Of a DNA stretch of 64,000 nucleotides, positions 54,404-63,555 are shown in pieces. Each line of letters begins with the position of its first letter. Position 1 is the first letter of the stretch. The notes under the pieces are model-generated. The model was not told the origin of the DNA and searched no databases. It was given only the letters and a program-made list of their open reading frames with translations. This DNA is from Methanomassiliicoccaceae archaeon UBA421 (lineage in GTDB: Archaea > Thermoplasmatota > Thermoplasmata > Methanomassiliicoccales > Methanomethylophilaceae): assembly GCA_002498365.1 (NCBI GenBank), contig DAHB01000004.1, forward strand, positions 123,666 through 187,665. The letters run 5' to 3'. The translations under genes were made by a program, and so were the position numbers.

Positions 54404-55216
54404 ATGAAAGATAAGGAAGAGATTAGGGAATCGATAAGAAAGGATTATTCCGATGTGGCAAAGGGCGCATCTAAGGGATGTTGCGGCGGCGGACTAGGAT
54501 GCTGTAGCACTATTGAAATTAAAAACGCCTCTCTGACCATGGGATATTCGAAAGAAGACCTCAAAGAAATACCCCTGGGGGCGAACATGGGGCTCGGGTG
54601 CGGAAATCCTATAGCAATAGCCTTGCTGAAAGAGGGGGAAAGGATTCTGGACCTGGGAAGCGGAGGAGGCTTCGATTCTTTCCTGGCCAGAAGAAAAGTG
54701 GGCGAGACGGGGTTCGTCATCGGGATCGATATGACGCCCGAAATGATCAAACTTGCAAGGAATAACGCAAAGAAGAGCGGCTTCGACAACGTTGAATTCC
54801 GCCTTGGGGAGATTGAAAATCTTCCTGTCGCCGACTGCTCAATGGACGTGGTCATATCGAACTGCGTGATCAATCTGTCCCTGGACAAACAGCGTGTCTT
54901 CAAAGAGGCATACAGGGTTCTGAAGAGTGGCGGGAGGCTTTCGGTATCCGATGTGGTCGCTACTGCGGATATTCCCGAAGAAATCAAAGGCGATCTTGCG
55001 AGCATCTCGAACTGCATCGCCGGTGCGGAGCATGTAGACAGACTAAAGGTCATGTTGGAAAATGCCGGTTTCATCAAAATACGAATGATGCCAAAAGACA
55101 ACAGCAGAGAGATCATAAAAAGTTGGGAATCGGGAAATAATCCGGAAGATTTCGTCGCATCATTCATAATCGAAGCAGAAAAACCGCAGCAAAGGAGCCA
55201 AGAAAGTGAACGATAA
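54404..55216 (+). CDS. arsM: arsenite S-adenosylmethionine methyltransferase
   Basis: IR..Y..VA......CCGG N-terminal Cys pair and the SAM motif ILDLGSGGGFD. The ATG at 54404 is preferred over the upstream ORF start. Confidence 0.85.
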   Translation: MKDKEEIRESIRKDYSDVAKGASKGCCGGGLGCCSTIEIKNASLTMGYSKEDLKEIPLGANMGLGCGNPIAIALLKEGERILDLGSGGGFDSFLARRKVGETGFVIGIDMTPEMIKLARNNAKKSGFDNVEFRLGEIENLPVADCSMDVVISNCVINLSLDKQRVFKEAYRVLKSGGRLSVSDVVATADIPEEIKGDLASISNCIAGAEHVDRLKVMLENAGFIKIRMMPKDNSREIIKSWESGNNPEDFVASFIIEAEKPQQRSQESER

Positions 55217-55607
55217 ACCCAAAGTTGCGTTCATATGCGTACACAATTCCTGCCGTTCGCAGATAGCAGAGGCCCTCGGTAAGCACTACGCAGGAGATGT
55301 CTTTGAAAGCTATTCTGCCGGCACGGATGTAGATCTGTGCATCGACAAGGACGCAGTGAGGTTGATGAAAGAGAAATACGATATCGACATGGAGAAGACC
55401 CAGTATCCAAAAAATGTGGAGTCGCTTCCGATAATCGATGTCAAGATATCGATGGGGTGCGGCGTATCATGCCCTCATATTCATGCCGGTGTTTCAGAGG
55501 ATTGGGAACTGGAAGACCCCAGAGGCAGAGGGGACGATTTTCTTCTAATGGTTATCGACCGGATCGACATGAAGATCAGAGGTCTCGTGGACAGTCTGCG
55601 ATCGTGA
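55206..55607 (+). CDS. arsC: arsenate reductase (LMW-PTPase / thioredoxin-coupled type)
   Basis: Has the FICVHNSCRSQ P-loop (CX5R). The GTG start overlaps the arsM end. Confidence 0.88.
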   Translation: MNDKPKVAFICVHNSCRSQIAEALGKHYAGDVFESYSAGTDVDLCIDKDAVRLMKEKYDIDMEKTQYPKNVESLPIIDVKISMGCGVSCPHIHAGVSEDWELEDPRGRGDDFLLMVIDRIDMKIRGLVDSLRS

Positions 55608-55805
55608 ATAGCTTCAGAGATTTTTAGAATTGATGACCGTGTCCGGATGTGCGCCGGGAAGTCGCCCTCTCGATCAGGCGGCAGGCCATATAGTATTTTC
55701 TTCGGATCTCACCGAAGATTGCAACGCCCGGTGCATCGAAGAATGGCCTTCCCTGACCGCATCGCAAGCCCGTACAGCCCGTGGGAGTATACCTTTTCGC
55801 CAGAG

Positions 55806-56465
55806 TCACTTAACCAGTACAAGAAGCATCTTGAACCGGGTCACTCCCTTCACGGAGTGCGGGACCCCTTTCGGCATGACGATCGAATCGCCTTCCTTGA
55901 GATGGAACTCCTTACCGCCGATGACAATCTCGCCCTCTCCGTCCAGGGCAACGACGAAAGCGTCTCCGGGTGCGGTATGCGCGTTCAGACCTTCACCCTC
56001 GTCTATAGCGATCACGGAAAGATTGAGGCTGTCCCTCTTCACTAGTGTCAGGTTGACGACCTGACCGGGACGGTATTCCACCATCTCTTTAGCGGCCATC
56101 CTGGTAGAAGCATCGATGTTCTTGATTAATTCCCCTTCCATGGGAAGTAATATGCTTGCATACTTAACTGGTTTTGCTGCCGATATCGTCACATCGGTTT
56201 CTTCGGGGATGACGTAGACCTCGCCTGCGGATATCTCGGCCGGAGGTTCCGAACCTATATGCAATATCCCGCTGAGTACCAGTATGATGTTATTGTAGGG
56301 GGCCTTCATCTCGCTGATCTCCTCTCCCTCGTCCAGGAAGTATACGTATATCTCCGCCGATCGAGAGTACGACACGCCGTAGCTTATTGTCTGGCCCCTT
56401 CCCTCCGAGACCAGGTCCTCCAGTCTGAATTTTTTTGTATAACCGACCTTCCTGAAGACCGACAT
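55806..56465 (-). CDS. bicupin-like protein
   Basis: The C-terminal half has the cupin pattern H....D...V..G.......G....L..GDSIVMP.GVPH. The N-terminal half is a degenerate second barrel. Confidence 0.65.
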   Translation of the reverse strand: MSVFRKVGYTKKFRLEDLVSEGRGQTISYGVSYSRSAEIYVYFLDEGEEISEMKAPYNNIILVLSGILHIGSEPPAEISAGEVYVIPEETDVTISAAKPVKYASILLPMEGELIKNIDASTRMAAKEMVEYRPGQVVNLTLVKRDSLNLSVIAIDEGEGLNAHTAPGDAFVVALDGEGEIVIGGKEFHLKEGDSIVMPKGVPHSVKGVTRFKMLLVLVK

Positions 56466-56562
56466 AAAGGTGACATAGCCTCAATGAACAATATACTTCC
56501 CTGTTCAGGCCTTTCCCAAATAACTGTAAAAAGGTAAAATACGCCTATTGCGGTACTTGTCC

Positions 56563-56943
56563 ATGGACAACACGCTGACAGTTTTTGATTCGGAATATGC
56601 CCGCTCCGAGCACCGTTCCGATTATGAAAGGTTCAAGAGATCCATGGATGCCCTTGCAAAGAACGGTATCGGGATCAAATATGTGGACTGCGGGTCGGCG
56701 GCGGATGTCGCAGGGGACGGGGAGGCCCGAGAGATCGTGGAATCCGAGGGCTTCGGTTCCCTTCCGATCGCAGAATACAACGGAGTGGCGATAGCGATGG
56801 GCGAATACGTTTCGGACCAGGACCTTGCTGACTTCCTGAACGTTCCCGACGGTGTCCTGAGCGTTGACCGCTCAAAGCCTCCCGCGCTCAACGAACTGGG
56901 CCCATCGTGCTCATGCGGCTCCGGCGGAACGGTCCCAAAGTGA
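56563..56943 (+). CDS. ArsD-like thioredoxin-fold protein lacking the N-terminal metalloid-binding cysteines
   Basis: Aligns by eye to R773 ArsD (TL.VFD......, GLP....NG......G.Y....L..F). The CC...C triad is replaced by YARSEHRS. A C-terminal CSCGSGG tail is retained. Confidence 0.55.
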   Translation: MDNTLTVFDSEYARSEHRSDYERFKRSMDALAKNGIGIKYVDCGSAADVAGDGEAREIVESEGFGSLPIAEYNGVAIAMGEYVSDQDLADFLNVPDGVLSVDRSKPPALNELGPSCSCGSGGTVPK

Positions 56944-58233
56944 TCAGAGGACCTTCCAAGACCCGGAGCGACGGCTTCCGATCCTGACCAGCGAACCGTC
57001 CGACTTGAGGTCTGAGATGTGGCGTTCGACCTGACGCCTGCCAAGGCCTACGACCTCCGACAACCGGCCGACGGTTATGCTGCGGTCGGAGGATATCGCT
57101 TCAAGTATCCTTTCGGCCGCAGGGGCCCTCTCTGCCCGGGGAGCTCCCCGTCTGACGACCGATACCGTTACGGTACCGGACCTGTAGTCTTCGTCGATGG
57201 CCGCTTCATATCCCGCCGCATCCATCTCCGATAACGCCCGTCCGAGGCCGCGGCAATGAGAGACCGTGCCCAGGATCTTTGCCACTGCCGGATTCCTGCG
57301 GTCTTTGGCGCCTTTCACCGACAGCTCTCTCCCTGCACGGAACAGTCCAGAATTCGATATCTTGACCTTACCTTCCATACATTCCACGGAAACTCCGTCA
57401 CCGAAGTAGAAATCAGAATGTGCCAGTGCATTGATTATCAGCTCTTTGACCGGTCCCGATATATCCGGAAGGAGAAGATCGATAGCATCCGATACATCAA
57501 GGTAGTAATCTACGACATTACCCGTCCATCTTCCGTCTTCCGAATCTATCAGTTTTTTCTCGTCCCTATATCGGAGACGGTAGCCAGGATATATCGATGA
57601 AACAGTATAGTAATCAGAAAAGAGAAGGGCCCCTGCATTGGTCGGCCTCAGCCACCCGTCCGAATCGGCCGCCGATAAGGTGAACGACAGGAACTCGTCA
57701 TCGCTGCGGCCCTCCCATATATGGCCCTTTTTCATTACCGACTTCCTGAAGGCCCTGACTGAATCTGTGCTGATGATCGAAATGTCCAATCCCGTAGGTT
57801 CCGTGTCGGATCCAGCGTCCGAACTGTCTCTGATCATCGACCTGACGCTATCGGAGCCGCACCTCACGGTTTTACCTTCCGATCTAACGAACGTGCCGGT
57901 TTCACACGAACCACCGATAAAAACGGGCCGGACATATCTTTCGGCAGACGGAACTTTCACAAAAAAACCATCCGGCGTTTTTACCATGTCCGATTCCATG
58001 AGGATATTTGAACTGACGACCGAACGGTCGAAAAGTCCCTTTCTTATCTCGGCCATCGTCTCTTCCGAGTCAGAATCAAAGCTCCCTTTGTTGAAAACAC
58101 TGATGTGTCCGCCGCCCGAATTCGCGAACGCCGAATAATTTTCCCAGAATTTCAAGGGAAGGCAGTTCTGCAGGGGCATACTCTCTGTTCCCATCCCCTC
58201 CGGCCGGCTGGCCTTACCTTCAGCGTAGCGCAT
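56944..58233 (-). CDS. AlbA_2 (Schlafen-like) / HATPase_c_4 / winged-HTH putative transcriptional regulator
   Basis: The AFANSGGG motif of the AlbA_2 domain, a central ATPase-like region (INALAHSDY-like) and a C-terminal wHTH (ITVGRLSEVVGLGRRQVERHISDL). Confidence 0.72.
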   Translation of the reverse strand: MRYAEGKASRPEGMGTESMPLQNCLPLKFWENYSAFANSGGGHISVFNKGSFDSDSEETMAEIRKGLFDRSVVSSNILMESDMVKTPDGFFVKVPSAERYVRPVFIGGSCETGTFVRSEGKTVRCGSDSVRSMIRDSSDAGSDTEPTGLDISIISTDSVRAFRKSVMKKGHIWEGRSDDEFLSFTLSAADSDGWLRPTNAGALLFSDYYTVSSIYPGYRLRYRDEKKLIDSEDGRWTGNVVDYYLDVSDAIDLLLPDISGPVKELIINALAHSDFYFGDGVSVECMEGKVKISNSGLFRAGRELSVKGAKDRRNPAVAKILGTVSHCRGLGRALSEMDAAGYEAAIDEDYRSGTVTVSVVRRGAPRAERAPAAERILEAISSDRSITVGRLSEVVGLGRRQVERHISDLKSDGSLVRIGSRRSGSWKVL

Positions 58234-58281
58234 TCACGCATCCCATAATAACAATCTTAATCATAGAATATAAAACTACCG

Positions 58282-58394
58282 ATTATAATGTCTTTTTAAA
58301 GACTTTTTATTGGATTATTTATGACAAATTAAAGACATTATTATGACATTAAACCATTATTATAATGTCATTTATCTATATTATGTCTTATTTA
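58282..58394. repeat. cluster of TTAT(A)ATGTC(T/A)TT motifs in both orientations within an AT-rich divergent intergenic region
   Basis: Forward copies centred on ATGTC at 58288-58292, 58365-58369 and 58383-58387. An inverted copy AAAGACATTAT lies at 58331-58341. There is also the GTCTTT-tt-AAAGAC palindrome at 58290-58303 and ATGACATT/AATGTCAT at 58343-58350/58364-58371. Confidence 0.55.
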
Positions 58395-58475
58395 ATCTGT
58401 ATGATATCAGATTCCCGCGACGACTGCATGACGTAATTTGAAAAGAATCAAGTACAACGCCGTTATTGACGTACC

Positions 58476-59888
58476 ATGGATGAAGAAAAAACCAAAGGCC
58501 AACAGCTCGCCGAAGAACTGTTGATGAAGCCCAAGGGCCTTGGGGAGATCGACAACTCTATTCTGGCAGAATCGACGGAGTTTTGCGAGGAGTACAAGAA
58601 ATTCCTTTGGAACAAGACCGAACGAGAGGTCGTCGACTACACGATACCCATCCTCGAATCAAAAGGATATACGGAGTATGTGAGGGGAAAGAAATATTCT
58701 CCCGGCGAGAAATTCTACATGAACAACCGCGGAAAAGGCCTCCTTATGGTGACCATGGGTTCCAAGCCCGTTTCCGAGGGAATGCGCATCGGAGTGAGCC
58801 ACATTGACAGCCCCAGGCTGGATTTCAAACCCAACCCGCTGTTCGAGAGCACGGGGATGGCTTATTTCAAAACACACTACTATGGCGGGATAAAGAAGTA
58901 CCAGTGGTTCGCGATCCCCCTTTCGCTGCACGGCGTCGTCTGCAAAAACGACGGCAAGACTGTGAAAATTTGCATAGGCGAAGAAGAGGGCGAGCCCCAG
59001 TTCTGCGTGACGGACCTGCTGCCGCACCTTGCCAGGAATCAGATGAAACAGCCCGTCGCCGAGGCCTTCAACCCGGAGAACCTGAACATACTGATCGGGT
59101 CATGGCCTTACAATGACGAAAAAGTCTCCGACAAAGTAAAGCTGAATGTCATGAACATACTTTCCGAGAAATACGGTATTTCGGAGAAGGATTTCCTTTC
59201 CGCGGAACTGTGCGCGGTACCCGCCGCCAGGCCGATCGACCTCGGCCTCGACAGGTCCATGGTCGGAGCCTATGGCCAGGATGACAGCGTCTGCGCATAC
59301 GCAAACCTTATGGCCGAGATGGACGCGAAGGGTCCGGAGTTCACCACCCTGACCGTGTTCGCAGACAAGGAAGAGACAGGGTCCGACGGAAACACGGGAA
59401 TGCGCTCGTTCTTCTTCAGGGATTTCATGGAGGACATCGCCGACACTTACGGCCTGAAGGTACGCCACATACTCCAGAGGTCCATGTGCCTCTCGTGCGA
59501 TGTGAACGCCGCGATAGACCCGGCCTTCATGGACGTCTACGAACCTACCAACTGCTCGTATCTGGGCCGTGGCCCGGTGGTCTCTAAGTACACGGGGTCC
59601 GGAGGTAAGTATTCTACAAACGATGCATCCGCCGAGACCATGAGCTTCCTTCGCAGCATCCTCGACGAGGAAGGGATACCTTGGCAGGTCGGAGAGCTGG
59701 GGAAGATCGAGGCGGGCGGCGGCGGAACGATCGCGTCGGAGATCTCGCTGCATAACCTAGACACCGTGGACATGGGAGTCCCGGTCCTTTCGATGCACGC
59801 GCCCCTGGAAGTGGTGTCCAAGGCTGACGTTCTGATGCTCTACAAGGCTATCAAGGCGTTTTACGAGAGCCCTAAGCATAAACCGTGA
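58476..59888 (+). CDS. M18-family aminopeptidase
   Basis: Has the GVSHIDSPRLD motif; length and pattern fit aminopeptidase 1/aspartyl aminopeptidase-like enzymes. Confidence 0.82.
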   Translation: MDEEKTKGQQLAEELLMKPKGLGEIDNSILAESTEFCEEYKKFLWNKTEREVVDYTIPILESKGYTEYVRGKKYSPGEKFYMNNRGKGLLMVTMGSKPVSEGMRIGVSHIDSPRLDFKPNPLFESTGMAYFKTHYYGGIKKYQWFAIPLSLHGVVCKNDGKTVKICIGEEEGEPQFCVTDLLPHLARNQMKQPVAEAFNPENLNILIGSWPYNDEKVSDKVKLNVMNILSEKYGISEKDFLSAELCAVPAARPIDLGLDRSMVGAYGQDDSVCAYANLMAEMDAKGPEFTTLTVFADKEETGSDGNTGMRSFFFRDFMEDIADTYGLKVRHILQRSMCLSCDVNAAIDPAFMDVYEPTNCSYLGRGPVVSKYTGSGGKYSTNDASAETMSFLRSILDEEGIPWQVGELGKIEAGGGGTIASEISLHNLDTVDMGVPVLSMHAPLEVVSKADVLMLYKAIKAFYESPKHKP

Positions 59889-59924
59889 AACCTTTTTCCG
59901 GCTTCGACGGCCGGAAAACGAACA

Positions 59925-60671
59925 TCAGGCTTCCTTGGAGGCGACGTAGATGTTCACTGCGCCGAACGACTTGACATAACATTTGGCGTCTCTGAACCCG
60001 GCTTTCCGGAATATTTCCACCATTGCGTCCCCGTAAGGGAAACCTTCTATCGAAGATGTCAGCCAGTCATAGGCCGGCTGTTTACCGTCTATCGCCATCC
60101 CCTTGTCGTACTTGCGGCCGTAGTGGGGGATCACCCGGTTCATGTAGAAGTTGTAAAAGGGCTTGACCAGCCTGTTGCCGGGTCTTGCCAGCTCGGCGAC
60201 CACGCACCTGCCGCCGACCTTGAGCATCCTGTGCATCTCGCCCACTGCCTTCGGGATGTCGGTGACGTTCCTGAGCATGTATCCCGATGTGACCGCATCG
60301 AACGTTCCGTCGGGCATCTGTATGTCCAACGCGTCCCCCACGACGAACTCTACGTTTGCGATCCCCAGGTCCGTCATCTTCTTCTTCGCAAGTTCCAGCA
60401 TGGCCGGGGTGATGTCGAGTCCGATGACCTCTCCGCCTGCCGCCTTCCTCGCAACGAGGAACGCGATCTCGCCCGTTCCCGTACCCACGTCGAGGCACCT
60501 TTTTCCCTGAAGGTTCCCGAGCTTCTTCATCATGAACTTGTGCCAGCGCCTTATCATTCCCATGGACATGATGCCGTTCATCTCGTCGTAATAGGATGCG
60601 ATCTCGGTAAAAACGTCTTTGACGTAAACTTCCTTGCCGTCGAACTGGTTGCCAAGCTTTTCGTCGTCCAT
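59925..60671 (-). CDS. ubiE: demethylmenaquinone/ubiquinone C-methyltransferase (UbiE/MenG family)
   Basis: VFT.IAS.YD.MN..MS.G..R.W pattern and the SAM motif LDVGTGTGE. The ATG at 60669-60671 overlaps the menA stop (ATGA). Confidence 0.82.
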   Translation of the reverse strand: MDDEKLGNQFDGKEVYVKDVFTEIASYYDEMNGIMSMGMIRRWHKFMMKKLGNLQGKRCLDVGTGTGEIAFLVARKAAGGEVIGLDITPAMLELAKKKMTDLGIANVEFVVGDALDIQMPDGTFDAVTSGYMLRNVTDIPKAVGEMHRMLKVGGRCVVAELARPGNRLVKPFYNFYMNRVIPHYGRKYDKGMAIDGKQPAYDWLTSSIEGFPYGDAMVEIFRKAGFRDAKCYVKSFGAVNIYVASKEA

Positions 60672-61606
60672 CAAATCAGCACCGGAACAACCGACACACC
60701 TATTAAATAACCTATCGCGAGCAGCCCGCCGAAGTGCCAATTGTGGATGAAAGCCTCTGGTACCAGCATGAAGCTGGACCTCTTGTCCTCAGGGGCCTTC
60801 AGGGAGTTGATGTAAAGGCCGCGATAATCGATGAGGGCGACGAAGGCCAGGGCACATGTCCATGGGACCGCTCCGATGACGACAGCGACGGCCAGCACGG
60901 GATAGCACATGGCGTTCACCGTCCGGTAGAACCTGAGCGCCCCATCGTAGCTCATGTGCCCGGACAGGGTCCCGACGCGGACCTCTTTGTCGCTGTGGTA
61001 GTCTCTGGTCTCGTTTCCGCTGAGCACTCCCATTATCGTGAAGGCGTTCGGAAGCCCCAGTATCACCACTTCCAACGAAACCGAGCCTGCCATCGTGTAA
61101 TATGTCCCCGCGGGCATTAGGATCCCCATCAGGAAGAAAGTGCTTACCTGCCCCATCGCCTTGTACTTGTATGCGACACCCAGGGTGTAGGACCCCGCTC
61201 CCAGTATGCCCAGGACCCCGAACGCGAGAATTCCCCAGCCGATATACCATATGAAGACCGTTCCGATCAGGGCCGTGATCCCCAAGCACGCCAGTCCTGC
61301 GCCCAGTATCTGCTTCGGCCTCATTTTTCCAGAAACGAGCTCTGGGGAACGGGAATGATTCTCCTCGGTGTCCGTGCCTTTGACGTAGTCCCCGTAAGTG
61401 TTGAGCAAGTTGGCGGCAGACTGCAACAGAATCCCCCCCGCCAGAACCAGCAAGAAGATCCACCAGTTGAAGAACCCGTCCTTGAATGCCACTATGCCTC
61501 CCAGCACCACCGGTACCACTGCTCCGTGGAGGGTCCAGGGCCTGAATGCATTGTACCATCCCGCTTTCACGGGCGCAGCCTTCGCCATGTTTCGATGCGT
61601 ACGCAA
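60671..61606 (-). CDS. menA: 1,4-dihydroxy-2-naphthoate polyprenyltransferase-like UbiA-family enzyme
   Basis: The first Asp-rich motif LNTYGDYVKGTD resembles the remembered E. coli MenA ANDYGDAVKGSD. About 9 TM. An alternative start lies at 61588 (MAKAAP). Confidence 0.75.
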   Translation of the reverse strand: MRTHRNMAKAAPVKAGWYNAFRPWTLHGAVVPVVLGGIVAFKDGFFNWWIFLLVLAGGILLQSAANLLNTYGDYVKGTDTEENHSRSPELVSGKMRPKQILGAGLACLGITALIGTVFIWYIGWGILAFGVLGILGAGSYTLGVAYKYKAMGQVSTFFLMGILMPAGTYYTMAGSVSLEVVILGLPNAFTIMGVLSGNETRDYHSDKEVRVGTLSGHMSYDGALRFYRTVNAMCYPVLAVAVVIGAVPWTCALAFVALIDYRGLYINSLKAPEDKRSSFMLVPEAFIHNWHFGGLLAIGYLIGVSVVPVLI

Positions 61607-61633
61607 TCCTTTTATATAACGTTAACCTGACAC

Positions 61634-62608
61634 ATGGTCATGAGGGCAAAAGAGGTTCTCGCGAGCAGTGCGATAATCATGTCCGTCGCTCTGATTTTTT
61701 CATTGATCCTGAACGTATCCGGTTATTTCCCGGGGGATGTGCTGGTACCGAAAATCAGGAGCGACATCACGGTCTTCGTGCTTGCAGTCATGATGACCGT
61801 CTCGCTCTCACGCATTCCTTATAGGAACCTCGACCCTGTGAAGAACGTTCGCTCAGTTACCAGGGCCATGTTGCTTGGCCTGGTGGTCGCCGCGGTCATC
61901 CCCCTTGTCGGTTATTTCCTGATGAAGGACACTTCCTGGGGAGGGTACTCCGCCGGCCTGGTGTTCGTTGCGGCCGCTCCCTTTGCAGCCTCGGTCGCAC
62001 CTCTGTCCTACATTCTGAGAGGAGACATGGAACATGCCGCCAGAGGCACCATACTGGTTTATGTGGCTTCCCTCCTCTGGATACCGTTCATTATCTACAT
62101 TACCTTGGGAAAGACGGTGGACATGACCGATGTGGTCATCACCGTGGTGGAGATCATCGGCGCGCCGCTGGTATTTTCCAGGCTGCTGACCAAGGTGAAG
62201 ATAGAAAGGACTACGATGTCCATAATGATGAACCTGTTCATCTCCTTCTTGGTCATACTGTCTGTAAGCTCAACTAACTTCCCTAAGGAGATGGCCCCCC
62301 TGCTCCTCTTTGTTTTGATCGCCGGCCTCAGGACTTTCGCCCTGGGCTCCGGCGTTGAGTACGCCGAGAAAAAAATGGGGATGGGCTGGCACCAGCGCGT
62401 GACGGACGTCCTCATGGTCTCTTACCGGAATAAGGGGATCGCGATCGCGATGTGCGCGGCCACAATGGGCCCCGCGGTCGGAATAGCGATGGTCGCCATA
62501 GCCACCTCCATCGTTGTGGAGATATGCTGGGTCATCTTCATGGATTCTGCGCTCTTCTCAAAAAGGAGGATGCGCAGGGAGATCGGTTCAGAAGTCGGTG
62601 ATACGTGA
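61634..62608 (+). CDS. polytopic membrane transporter-like protein, family unresolved (possibly BASS/AEC-like)
   Basis: About 9-10 hydrophobic helices in 324 aa. No diagnostic motif was recognised. Confidence 0.5.
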   Translation: MVMRAKEVLASSAIIMSVALIFSLILNVSGYFPGDVLVPKIRSDITVFVLAVMMTVSLSRIPYRNLDPVKNVRSVTRAMLLGLVVAAVIPLVGYFLMKDTSWGGYSAGLVFVAAAPFAASVAPLSYILRGDMEHAARGTILVYVASLLWIPFIIYITLGKTVDMTDVVITVVEIIGAPLVFSRLLTKVKIERTTMSIMMNLFISFLVILSVSSTNFPKEMAPLLLFVLIAGLRTFALGSGVEYAEKKMGMGWHQRVTDVLMVSYRNKGIAIAMCAATMGPAVGIAMVAIATSIVVEICWVIFMDSALFSKRRMRREIGSEVGDT

Positions 62609-63508
62609 GCGCCTTTCCGAGATCTCCGTCACGGTATCCGTATCCCTCACGGACCCATAGAGCATCTCGGATCCGGAGTCGTACATCTTTGATGCGCGCC
62701 GGTCTTCGGTCACGCGGTTCGCATAGCAGTAGATGCAGTTGTGCATGCATGTGTCATAAGCGCCGATGTCGATGTTCCTGACACATCTGCAACCGTCCCT
62801 TATGTTACTAGGAACGTCCTCGAAGGGGATGCCGAGAGAGATCATTGTCTCCCGGTCGATGCAACCTCGGTTGTCGACCCCGTACTCCGGATATCCCCGG
62901 GACGAGCAGCATAGGCTCGCCCGGATGCCGTATTCCCTCGATATCTCGCCTGCCATCCTCATGAAGTCCTCCCTTTGGAGCGGCGAAGATAAAGAGAGAG
63001 GCCTTGCACTTTTCAGTTCTTCGAACTTGGGATACATGTCCAGAAAGCTGAAGACACACCTCTCCGTATGATCCGAAAGCTCCGAGCAGAGAAGCCTGAA
63101 CTTTCTTTCATGATATCTCATATTATGCCTTTCGTCGATTATCACGGGGTCATACCTCCACATGGTACGACCTTTTCCGATCTTTTCCGAAATCTCCCTG
63201 AATGCATCTGCGACGGAACCTTTGTCGGGAACGCCGGGCTCAAGGTCCTTGCCGTATGGGGTTATCGTCACCTGGAATATCATGTCGTATCCCATCCCTT
63301 TGATCTCGTCAAGGTACGGCATCATGGGCCTCGGGTCCTTGGAAATGAGATACAGGCATCCTGCGCTCCTGCAATCGAGGTCGACCCTGTAGACGACCTC
63401 GTCGCATATGGGGTTACGGACCATGGCATAACCTGCCCTCAACCTGTTAATAAGCCATTCCGAGTGAAAAGCGGGTATATCTGTACGTCTGCTGGCGCAG
63501 ATTATCAC
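62588..63508 (-). CDS. DUF1848-family protein with C-terminal Cys cluster
   Basis: MIICASRRTDIPAFHSEW..NR...GY N-terminus typical of DUF1848. The C-terminal motif is CMHNCIYCYA (C-x3-C-x2-C). Confidence 0.78.
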   Translation of the reverse strand: MIICASRRTDIPAFHSEWLINRLRAGYAMVRNPICDEVVYRVDLDCRSAGCLYLISKDPRPMMPYLDEIKGMGYDMIFQVTITPYGKDLEPGVPDKGSVADAFREISEKIGKGRTMWRYDPVIIDERHNMRYHERKFRLLCSELSDHTERCVFSFLDMYPKFEELKSARPLSLSSPLQREDFMRMAGEISREYGIRASLCCSSRGYPEYGVDNRGCIDRETMISLGIPFEDVPSNIRDGCRCVRNIDIGAYDTCMHNCIYCYANRVTEDRRASKMYDSGSEMLYGSVRDTDTVTEISERRSRITDF

Positions 63509-63555
63509 AAAATCCTATATGTGATGTGCAAGATAAACATTCAGGAGGATACCGA

